Shown here in pieces: positions 18,476 to 25,503 of a DNA stretch of 27,660 bases; within the stretch, counting starts at the first letter, position 1; each line of letters begins with the position of its first letter. Position numbers and translations under genes: made by a program. The notes below the pieces were generated by a model. It did not search any database. It was not told where the DNA came from and saw only the letters and a list, made by a program, of their open reading frames with translations. Origin of the DNA: a virus (taxonomy: Duplodnaviria; Caudoviricetes); IMG/VR virus record IMGVR_UViG_3300048606_000147, positions 1 to 27,660 of that record. The stretch is one strand, 5' to 3'.

Positions 18476-19719
18476 TGGCCAGCTATGAAAAGAGCTTCGA
18501 GGACTTCGAAGACGCGCTCGCGGGCAGGAAGCCGACCTACCTCGGTGACGTGAATCTCCGCCAGGTCGTCCCCGGCTCCGCGAACATGCACATGCTCGAG
18601 AACGCCGCGCTCGGGATCTCGTCGAGCAGGGATCGTCGCCTCGTCCTCGATTGGGCGCGCTGGTACGTCCACCGCCCCCTCCACGAGAACGAGGCGACGA
18701 CAGCGAGCGAGAGCTACCGGCCGGCGATCACGCTCCCGAGCTACGCCCTCGCCGGCGTCGCGCTCAACGGCGGAGATCAGGCGCTCTCGCGCGCCTTCTG
18801 CGATCGGACGCGCGCCGACCTCTGCGATCTCCTGCTGTCGATCGGCTGCGCACCAGCGCTGGAGGTTCAAGACGAAGGAACGCCCGGTCGCCGCGTCATC
18901 CTGATCGGGGGCGGGGACCCCGTCCCGCTCGCTGGCAATCCGGACTTCCCTGCGCTCCTGCTCGTCGGGAAGCGCGGCCACGTACGAGCGGACACCGCCT
19001 CCGGGCACAACGGGCCGTTCCACTACCTCTACGCAAACGCCATGCGAGTCATGCTCGCGCAGCTCCTCGGGAAGCCCTACAACCCGAGCGCCGGGCGCCG
19101 CGTGCTTGACTGCTTCCTGGCGATCCGGCGACTCTGGCCCACGCTCCCGCTCTACGGCTTTTCGCCGGCTGAGCTTCTGGTCGCCCGCGCTTTCGCCGCG
19201 GATCCGAAGCGAGCAGACCTCGCCGCGCAGATCCACGCATGGGCTGCGCTCTACCCGAGCGCCGAAGGGCGGCGGCGGGTCCGTGGGACCGACGGGGCGA
19301 TCGAGTCGATCGCGCTCGAGCTCGGCTCGTCCTCGACGGGCGGCGTCGCGATCAATGTGCAGCGAGCGGACGGCGTCACGTTCCGGACCTCGTGCGATAA
19401 CGGCGGCCGGGGGAAGGGCGATATCCGGGTGCAGCGCGCCGAGGTCGTCGGGAATCGGATCCGCTGCTGGTACGTCGACCAGCCGGCCGTCGAGATGTTC
19501 GTCAACCGCGTCGTCACGCGCGAGGCCTGGCGCTCGACGATTCTCCCGAACGGGGGCTCGAGCTTCATCGGCGCCCACCTTCCGGGATCTCCGCCTGCCG
19601 GTCCTTCGCCGGCGCAGCGCCCGCCGCGGCCGGCGAAGCCGGGTCTCGTCAAGCGGACGCCCGCGCGGATGCGCGCCTGGCGGAAGGCCGTCGCCGAGTG
19701 GGAAGCAACGTGGGGATGA
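18475..19719 (+). CDS. Hypothetical protein within lysis cassette
   Basis: 414 aa from ATG 18475; coupled at both ends (TGATG, ATGA); SD GGGAG; no family recognised. Confidence 0.7.
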   Translation: MASYEKSFEDFEDALAGRKPTYLGDVNLRQVVPGSANMHMLENAALGISSSRDRRLVLDWARWYVHRPLHENEATTASESYRPAITLPSYALAGVALNGGDQALSRAFCDRTRADLCDLLLSIGCAPALEVQDEGTPGRRVILIGGGDPVPLAGNPDFPALLLVGKRGHVRADTASGHNGPFHYLYANAMRVMLAQLLGKPYNPSAGRRVLDCFLAIRRLWPTLPLYGFSPAELLVARAFAADPKRADLAAQIHAWAALYPSAEGRRRVRGTDGAIESIALELGSSSTGGVAINVQRADGVTFRTSCDNGGRGKGDIRVQRAEVVGNRIRCWYVDQPAVEMFVNRVVTREAWRSTILPNGGSSFIGAHLPGSPPAGPSPAQRPPRPAKPGLVKRTPARMRAWRKAVAEWEATWG

Positions 19720-20144
19720 GCAGCCTTCCGACCGTCACGCTCCGCCGCTTCTTCTACGGCCCGACCTGCACGCTGGGCTGGATAGCCCTCGACACCGTGC
19801 TGATCTACACGCTCGAGGACGGCTGGCTCGGCAACCAGGTGCGCAAGTCCTGCATCCCGGACGGGACCTATCGCTGCCGGCCGCGCTTCTTCAACCGCGG
19901 CGGCTACCCAGCGATCGAGATCACGGGCGTCCCAGGCCGCACGACGATCCTCTTCCACAAGGCGAACGTGGCCACGAACGTCGAGGGCTGCATTGCCGTC
20001 GGCGCGATCCTGGGCACGCTCGGCGCCGAGCTCGCGGTTCTGAGGAGCGCCGAGGCCTGGGCGCTCCTCTACGGGCGCTATGGCTACGGCGAGTTCGACC
20101 TGGTGATCGAGCCCCTTCACCCACTGTCCGGAGCCAAGCTGTGA
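19716..20144 (+). CDS. DUF5675-like protein, putative endolysin
   Basis: 142 aa; 'TLG...YTLED...SCIPDGTY...VPGRTTILFHKAN...EGCIAVG' with a His/Cys pair. Confidence 0.8.
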   Translation: MSSLPTVTLRRFFYGPTCTLGWIALDTVLIYTLEDGWLGNQVRKSCIPDGTYRCRPRFFNRGGYPAIEITGVPGRTTILFHKANVATNVEGCIAVGAILGTLGAELAVLRSAEAWALLYGRYGYGEFDLVIEPLHPLSGAKL

Positions 20145-20488
20145 CCGACGAAGTCGCCCAGGCCGTGGCCATCCAGTCGGCCGAGCGCGATGCGGCCCTG
20201 CTCTCCGGGCGCGCCGCGAGGTTCGTGATGTTCCTGATCGCCGGCCTTCTCGCTTCGGGCCCGATGCTGTACTACATCCCGCCGTTCCCGGGCTGGCGCG
20301 AGGCGGTGGCCTGGTGCTCGGCCTTCCTGATCTCGCTCGCCGGCGTCCTCAGCGCCTTCCTGATCCCGAAGAAGGAGCAGGAGATCTACCGCCAGGCGCT
20401 GCTCGAGTCGGACGCCCGCCTCCGGGCGCTCCAGGAGCAGATGCGAACGATGCGCGAGACGTTCGCGAACCGGGGACCGCAGCAGTGA
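20141..20488 (+). CDS. Two-TM membrane protein, putative holin
   Basis: GTGA overlap; 115 aa; two hydrophobic helices then a charged coiled-coil tail. Confidence 0.6.
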   Translation: MTDEVAQAVAIQSAERDAALLSGRAARFVMFLIAGLLASGPMLYYIPPFPGWREAVAWCSAFLISLAGVLSAFLIPKKEQEIYRQALLESDARLRALQEQMRTMRETFANRGPQQ

Positions 20489-20787
20489 TCGGCACCGGGG
20501 AGATCGTCGTCGCGGCGCTCGCGGCGGCCGACGTTTGGACGACCGACCGGGCGATGCGCTACGGGCGGAAGGAGCGGAACGCGATCGTGCGCCGCATCGT
20601 GGGCTCGCGCCCGGTGCCGGCGCTCCACGCCGCGGCCTGGGCTTCCCTCTTCGTCCTCCTCCACCTGGTGCCGATCGTCTTCCACCGCTGGCTCGCACCG
20701 ATGCCGGCGAGCGGCTGGTGGCTGCTCGCCGCGCCGCTCCTCTACGTCGTCGTCTCCAACTACCGCCTGGGCACCAGGAGCTCCTGA
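20485..20787 (+). CDS. DUF5658-like small membrane protein
   Basis: GTGA overlap; 100 aa; 'ADVWTT...G.KERNAIVR' and terminal 'VVVSNY'; about 3 TM segments. Confidence 0.6.
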   Translation: MIGTGEIVVAALAAADVWTTDRAMRYGRKERNAIVRRIVGSRPVPALHAAAWASLFVLLHLVPIVFHRWLAPMPASGWWLLAAPLLYVVVSNYRLGTRSS

Positions 20788-21545
20788 TGATCGACTACCT
20801 GAAGTACCTCCGCATCGTCTGGCGCATCGCGCCCTGGCTCATCCTCGCCTTCGTCGGAGTGCGCTGGTGGATGGCTCCGCAGGCGGGCTCGAGCTCGGCG
20901 CCGGGCCAGACCGTCACCGTCGCCGGCGAGGAGGCTCTGACGAAGAAGGCGCGGAAGTGGAAGAAGCACCAGCCGGCGATCTGCGAGCCCGGGCCGGGCG
21001 ACGCCGGCGGGCGCTTCAAGGTCGTCACCCGCGAGCCGCCGGCCGACGAGCTCGAGCGCATGGCCCGGCAGTACGGCTTCACCTTCGGCGATCGCGAGCT
21101 CTCGGCCGACCTTGCCGGGATGCCGGTCCCGGGCGCGGCGAAGAAGGACGCGCCGCCCCAGGTCGCCGTGCGGCGCTGGCTCGGGGAGTACTCGGCGCCG
21201 ACGCTGCGCTACGCCGGCACGGTCGGTGCGGCGCTCCTCGTGGACGGTGAGCTCGAGATGCGTTTCGATCCGGCTCCCCCGCCGAAGTTCGCCTGGCTGG
21301 GTGTGTGGGGCGCGGGCGGCTCCTACGACGCGACGTTCGGCGCCGAGGCTGAGGACCAGCGCCACCGCCTCTACGGCCTGCTCGAGCCCTTCCAGACGAA
21401 GCAGGTGTACTGGCGCCTCGAGGGCGGCAGCCAGCACCTGGTCGACGGCTGGGAGCCCTACCTATGGGTCGGCGCCGAGTGGCGCAGCGAGCCCTGGATC
21501 CCGAAGAGTCGCCGCGGCCTGCGGGCAGTCAAGCTGCCCGAATAG
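20787..21545 (+). CDS. N-anchored membrane protein with aromatic beta-rich C-terminus (spanin-like candidate)
   Basis: 252 aa from ATG 20787; one N-terminal TM; amphipathic strands 'WGAGGSYD...YWRLEGG...YLWVGAEWR'; last late gene. Confidence 0.6.
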   Translation: MIDYLKYLRIVWRIAPWLILAFVGVRWWMAPQAGSSSAPGQTVTVAGEEALTKKARKWKKHQPAICEPGPGDAGGRFKVVTREPPADELERMARQYGFTFGDRELSADLAGMPVPGAAKKDAPPQVAVRRWLGEYSAPTLRYAGTVGAALLVDGELEMRFDPAPPPKFAWLGVWGAGGSYDATFGAEAEDQRHRLYGLLEPFQTKQVYWRLEGGSQHLVDGWEPYLWVGAEWRSEPWIPKSRRGLRAVKLPE

Positions 21546-21628
21546 AGGGCCAGTACCGAAAGGGCCACTTTTCCGGGGTCAATTGAGTCCGGGCCCAACG
21601 GGGACGGGCCTTTGGTATTGGTACTCTC
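21544..21628. terminator. Long imperfect stem-loop between convergent transcription units
   Basis: ccagtacc/ggtattgg and aaagg/ccttt outer arms; inner ccggggtcaattgagtccgg. Confidence 0.4.
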
Positions 21629-21672
21629 CGTGCCCAGCGCGGCCCACTCTTCCCATCGATCGTGCCGGCCCC

Positions 21673-21828
21673 TCACCGCAGCAAGGTGCCGAGAATGACG
21701 CGGCAGTTGCCGCAAATGATTAGGTGAACGTGCTCCTGACTATGGTCGACCACCACCGTGACCGTCTCGCTGACGATCTTTGGATCGATCGCACCGCACC
21801 CTGGGCACTTCCATCGGACGTCACTCAT
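21673..21828 (-). CDS. Zinc-ribbon microprotein (51 aa)
   Basis: CPGC...CGNC; ATGA overlap with upstream gene; GGAGG upstream. Confidence 0.65.
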   Translation of the reverse strand: MSDVRWKCPGCGAIDPKIVSETVTVVVDHSQEHVHLIICGNCRVILGTLLR

Positions 21829-22019
21829 CGTTCGACCCTCCTCCCCTCGAACTTCCCGAAGCCAGTCGGCCGCTCGCAGCCCGGCGTCGTGCACCGTCGC
21901 GGATCCGGCTCGCCGGGCTTCGACGTGGTGAACTGACGGCAGAACAGGCAGAACCAGTTGTCGCGCTCGTGCTGGTAGCCGATGCCGTGCTGCTGGCCTT
22001 CGTAGGTGCCGACGTTCAT
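21825..22019 (-). CDS. Zinc-finger-like microprotein (64 aa)
   Basis: CLFC...CTTPGC; coupled to the downstream ORF. Confidence 0.6.
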   Translation of the reverse strand: MNVGTYEGQQHGIGYQHERDNWFCLFCRQFTTSKPGEPDPRRCTTPGCERPTGFGKFEGRRVER

Positions 22020-22056
22020 CGCATCACCAAGTGCCGCGTGCTGATCGCCACCACGG

Positions 22057-22542
22057 CTACAACAGCTTCACTTGACATGCGAGCTCAATTGCGGACTGCG
22101 CTCCATCGAGCGAAAAGGTTACCTCGTGAAAGCTTCCGGAGACGAGGAAGTAGCGGAACACGAGGGACCTACCGGTCATCAGCTTGGACAAGTCGCTCGC
22201 CCTGGCTAGGGCACGGGGACCCGCGTAGATTCGCCACTGAACAGCTTTCGGCTCCATGACCAATAGCTGCTGCGGCTCCCCTAGGTTGGCCATCAAGGAT
22301 TCAAGGTCTCGAACCGACTCGAGCTTTGAGACTTCGAGTTTGTCGACTCGGTAGATCGGCGGGCTCTGACTCAGAGTGCCACCTCCTTGAGGGATCTCGA
22401 AGCCTGCCCAGATGGTTCCGTCTTCCCGATTCGAGATGGTGAGTTGGTGGCCATCCAAGCTCGTTCCTTTGGCGAGGTGCGTCACCGCGTCGGTCATCGA
22501 GTCGGTGCAGCTCTCCACCTGCCATCTCAGCGGCTCAGACAT
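22057..22542 (-). CDS. Hypothetical accessory protein (161 aa)
   Basis: ATG 22542 with GAGGAG; 'WQVESCTDSMTD...LVFRYF...VTFSLDGAQSAIELAC'; visibly lower GC. Confidence 0.7.
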   Translation of the reverse strand: MSEPLRWQVESCTDSMTDAVTHLAKGTSLDGHQLTISNREDGTIWAGFEIPQGGGTLSQSPPIYRVDKLEVSKLESVRDLESLMANLGEPQQLLVMEPKAVQWRIYAGPRALARASDLSKLMTGRSLVFRYFLVSGSFHEVTFSLDGAQSAIELACQVKLL

Positions 22543-22550
22543 TGCACTCC

Positions 22551-22955
22551 TCAGCCGCGGGCCACCAGCGCGTTGTTCAAGGCTTCGACGACGGCGGTGA
22601 TGTAGGCAGAGTCCGCATCCTCGAGCGCCTGGATCTGGCCACTCGAGGTTGTCAGTACGACGGTGCCCTTGGTCGTTTGTGATCGATGGACCCAGTAGGC
22701 CAGAGCCGGGATGCCCAAGAGGCAAACCAGCCCTCCCACTGGAACGAACTTGTCCATTAGGGATAGGAGCACCAACGCCCCGACAATGGCGATCGACAGA
22801 ATCAGCGTGTTCATCTCCTTCTTCAGGGAGTAAGAGACCGAGTTGACCGCCGCCATGGCGTAGGTTTGCGCGCCGACTTGAAACCGCGACTTGGTTACGC
22901 GCACCGGTCCTCGTTCGAAGAAGACTCTCTCCGCAGCCCCGCTCTCGTCAGCCAT
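22551..22955 (-). CDS. DUF6232-like two-TM membrane protein
   Basis: 134 aa; 'VRVTKSRFQVGAQTYAMAAVNSV', two TM, 'VVLTTSSGQIQAL...VVEALNNAL'. Confidence 0.75.
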   Translation of the reverse strand: MADESGAAERVFFERGPVRVTKSRFQVGAQTYAMAAVNSVSYSLKKEMNTLILSIAIVGALVLLSLMDKFVPVGGLVCLLGIPALAYWVHRSQTTKGTVVLTTSSGQIQALEDADSAYITAVVEALNNALVARG

Positions 22956-23003
22956 GTGAATACGACCCCTCTGTAGGACGAGCGACCTTGGCAAACCGGG
23001 CGC

Positions 23004-23046
23004 TTTTCCTTCCGGTTTCTTCCGGGAGAAACCGGGGAGAAACTCC
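23004..23046. promoter_or_regulatory. Operator-like palindrome in divergent intergenic region
   Basis: Perfect IR CCGGTTTCT-N6-AGAAACCGG (23012-23035) with imperfect extensions; GGGAGAAAC occurs twice. Confidence 0.55.
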
Positions 23047-23154
23047 TGCGGCGGGGTGCGCTGCTGGGCAAGCGGCGGCGGGACATGATTTCCGCGGGCG
23101 CTCGAGCGGGCCCGGGCTTACTGCCCGGCCGCGTCTCCCGCCCAGGAGGCAGGT

Positions 23155-23271
23155 ATGGACTTCGTACTGCTGGTGCTGCAGGTGGCAGTGTGGCTGGCCA
23201 GGACGTCGGGCGGTGGGCCGTCGACCGAAGATCTCGAGGAGTGCGTTCGGGGCCAGATCATCCCCTGCTAA
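23155..23271 (+). CDS. 38-aa peptide MDFVLLVLQVAVWLARTSGGGPSTEDLEECVRGQIIPC (candidate signalling propeptide)
   Basis: Not in ORF track; perfect SD AGGAGG 5 nt before ATG; TAA stop followed by a hairpin; hydrophobic N-terminus, C-x7-C end. Confidence 0.7.
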   Translation: MDFVLLVLQVAVWLARTSGGGPSTEDLEECVRGQIIPC

Positions 23272-23284
23272 GTCGATGCTGAAG

Positions 23285-23322
23285 GGCCGTCCCGCTGGCA
23301 ACGGCGGGGCGGCCGTGCTTTT
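23285..23322 (+). terminator. Terminator-like hairpin between peptide and TPR genes
   Basis: 13-bp stem (2 G-U), GCAA tetraloop, followed by gtgctttt. Confidence 0.6.
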
Positions 23323-23355
23323 CGAGACCGGTCCGTGCTGTAGGCTCCCCCGCCA

Positions 23356-24501
23356 ATGGTCGACCTGAAGCAGATTCTGGTGCGCCTGAGCGCTCCACCG
23401 AAGTCCATTCGTCCGGGCTCGAGCCGTGAGGTGCGCGCGGCGATCGCGCACGCGATCGACCTGCGGGCGGTTCCTCGCGAGCGCCGCGACATGGTCATCC
23501 GCAACAGCCCGAAGCTTCACACTCTCGCCTTCGCCGAGCAGCTCCTCGCGCTCGCGGCCGACGTCGCCGGCGACAGCCCGGCGGAAGCGCTCGAGCTGCT
23601 CGACGCCTTCGAGATCCTGGTCGACCTGCCGGCGTTCGACGTCGACGAGGTCTTCCAGGTTGCCGTCACCGACCTCACGGCCATCGCGCTCATCCGCCGC
23701 GCGGTGACGCTGGTCAAGATGTCCCGCTTTGGCGAGGCCGACGTCGTGCTGCAGATCTGCGGCGAGCTCGAGTTTCTTACGGTCGAAGCCGCGGGCGAGT
23801 ACCACGAAGTGCGCTCCCGCCTCGCGGCGATCCGGCAGGACCTCCCCGCAGCGCTCGCGGCGCTGGGCGCGTCCCGCAAGCTCTACGAGTCGATCGACGA
23901 TCAGCATCTGGTGGGCAGGGTGCTCGTCGCGCAGGCCTTCGCTTACGGCGAGGCTCGCGACTATCCAGCCTCCGTCGCTGCCCTCCTCGAGGCGTGCGAG
24001 CGGATCGACCCGACGCGCGATCGCCGCCTCGCTCTCGCGGTCTGTCTGAACCTGGCGCGAGCACTGCGTGACGCCGGCCGTGGTGCCGAGGCGCTCGAGA
24101 CGATCGCGCTCACCAGAGAATTCGTCGCCTCGACCGCGCGGGCGATCGACCGGCTGCACATGCGGTGGCTCGAGGCGGGGCTCTTCGCCGACCAGGGCGA
24201 CTTCTCCACCGCGGCCGTGGTGTACCACGAGGTCGCGACCGCTTTCGCTGCCCGCGGGCTGGCGATCGAAGTCAGCGAGATCTCGATTGAGGCGGTTGAA
24301 GCCTTCACCCAGGCCGGCCGGTCCCGGGAGCTGCTCCCGATGCTGGTGGTGGCAGAGAAGGTATTCCGCGCCCAGGGCTTCGGTGACGAGCGCCTTGCGG
24401 CGTGGGTGGCGCTCCGAGAGAACGTCGCGGACGAGGTCGTCACTGCGACGGCGATCGCGGCTGCTCGCCGCGCCTGCATGTCCGCTCTCAGCCAGGTCTA
24501 G
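23356..24501 (+). CDS. TPR-like all-helical repeat protein (putative peptide receptor/regulator)
   Basis: 381 aa; repeats 'RFGEADVVL', 'DLPAALAAL', 'DYPASVAAL', 'GRGAEALETI', 'GDFSTAAVVY'; no catalytic motif seen. Confidence 0.8.
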   Translation: MVDLKQILVRLSAPPKSIRPGSSREVRAAIAHAIDLRAVPRERRDMVIRNSPKLHTLAFAEQLLALAADVAGDSPAEALELLDAFEILVDLPAFDVDEVFQVAVTDLTAIALIRRAVTLVKMSRFGEADVVLQICGELEFLTVEAAGEYHEVRSRLAAIRQDLPAALAALGASRKLYESIDDQHLVGRVLVAQAFAYGEARDYPASVAALLEACERIDPTRDRRLALAVCLNLARALRDAGRGAEALETIALTREFVASTARAIDRLHMRWLEAGLFADQGDFSTAAVVYHEVATAFAARGLAIEVSEISIEAVEAFTQAGRSRELLPMLVVAEKVFRAQGFGDERLAAWVALRENVADEVVTATAIAAARRACMSALSQV

Positions 24502-24911
24502 CCCGCCGCCCGCTTCGACTCGAGCTGCGCGACCCGGCGTTCGAGTTCCTCCAGCATCTCCCGGTCCGACTTCTTCAAGTCGCCCTTCTCCAGCTTCGAG
24601 AGCATGCCCAGGATCCGCCGGCGAATCAGGCCGGTGTCGTCTTCGGGCGCGACGCCGGCCTGCGACACCGCCTTTTCCGCCTCCGGCTTCAATCCGAGGA
24701 GCTCGTCGGCTGAAACGTTCGCGGCTTCGCAGGCCTGCTTTAAGCGCAGCCAAGCTTCGGGCACGCTGCCGGAGATCCACAGAGACAGGGCGCTTTCCGA
24801 GATCCCGATCGCGCGCGCGAACTCCACCTGTCTATAGGTTTTCTCGATAGCGAGGGCGAGGCGGTCCCCCACCTTCTCACTCCACTCGGTTCGCTTCCTG
24901 GGCGTTGCCAC
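24498..24911 (-). CDS. CI-like XRE repressor (137 aa)
   Basis: HTH 'RQVEFARAIGISESALSLWISG', 'VSADELLG'; divergent from cro-like gene; GTG start, probably leaderless. Confidence 0.85.
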   Translation of the reverse strand: MATPRKRTEWSEKVGDRLALAIEKTYRQVEFARAIGISESALSLWISGSVPEAWLRLKQACEAANVSADELLGLKPEAEKAVSQAGVAPEDDTGLIRRRILGMLSKLEKGDLKKSDREMLEELERRVAQLESKRAAG

Positions 24912-24918
24912 TTCGACA

Positions 24919-24987
24919 ACTTTACGGGCCGAAAAGGGTACGCTTGACAGTCCGCAAACTTCTGCCCTATTCTTTGCGGACTGCAAA
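24919..24987. promoter_or_regulatory. Lysis/lysogeny switch: divergent promoters and three 15-bp operators
   Basis: Rightward TTGACA(24944-49)-N18-TATTCT(24968-73); leftward -10 TAAAGT (24924-19); operators 24921-35, 24944-58, 24973-87. Confidence 0.8.
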
Positions 24988-25010
24988 CCTCGGGAAGGGG
25001 GCCGGTCGCC

Positions 25011-25220
25011 GTGAACGTCGAGAGACTCAAGCAGCTTGGGATCGAGCAAAAGGACATCGCTGACCGCCTCGGTCTCTCCGGTGGCGGGGTCTCCCTGAAG
25101 GTCAACGGTCATCGGCCGTGGAAGCGCGAAGAGATTGACGCCGTGCTCGAGCTCGCGCGCCAGAAGGATCCGGAGATCACGTACGAGCAGCTCTTCGCCG
25201 GCGCGGCGGCCTGCGCGTGA
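25011..25220 (+). CDS. Cro-like HTH protein
   Basis: 69 aa; 'QKDIADRLGLSGGGVSLKVNGHRPW'; first gene after the rightward promoter. Confidence 0.85.
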   Translation: MNVERLKQLGIEQKDIADRLGLSGGGVSLKVNGHRPWKREEIDAVLELARQKDPEITYEQLFAGAAACA

Positions 25221-25501
25221 GCGAACCGATCGTCTTCGGTGGTCGCCAGCAGGAGTGCAGACCGGCTCAGCCGGTCTCGACGCCCTCCGCACCCGGCATC
25301 GTGCGCGTCGCGGTCGCGCCGATGCGCCGCCACCTCGTTCTCTCCCGCGACTTCGATCTCGACGTCCACAACATCCTCGACTACACCGAGCACCAGCTCC
25401 TCGAGGGCGAGGCGCTCGATCTCGATCACGTCGCCGACCTGATCTCGAAGAAGGTGCGCGAGAGCCTCCACGTCGTCTACGGCCCGGGCGAGGAGCGCTG
25501 A
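25217..25501 (+). CDS. Hypothetical early protein (94 aa)
   Basis: GTGA overlap with cro-like gene; coding-like codon usage. Confidence 0.65.
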   Translation: MSEPIVFGGRQQECRPAQPVSTPSAPGIVRVAVAPMRRHLVLSRDFDLDVHNILDYTEHQLLEGEALDLDHVADLISKKVRESLHVVYGPGEER

Positions 25502-25503
25502 GC

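Noticed and set aside
23155-23271. Peptide as a RiPP precursor
   Set aside because: No modifying enzyme, protease or transporter nearby; not fully excluded if encoded in trans.
22988-23368. Track ORFs 22988-23368 and 23085-23282
   Set aside because: No good SD, low-complexity products, and one crosses the hairpin; the SD-led 23155-23271 frame is better supported.
22948-24780. 610-aa minus-strand ORF
   Set aside because: Antisense shadow of the TPR gene; also overlaps the repressor in another frame.
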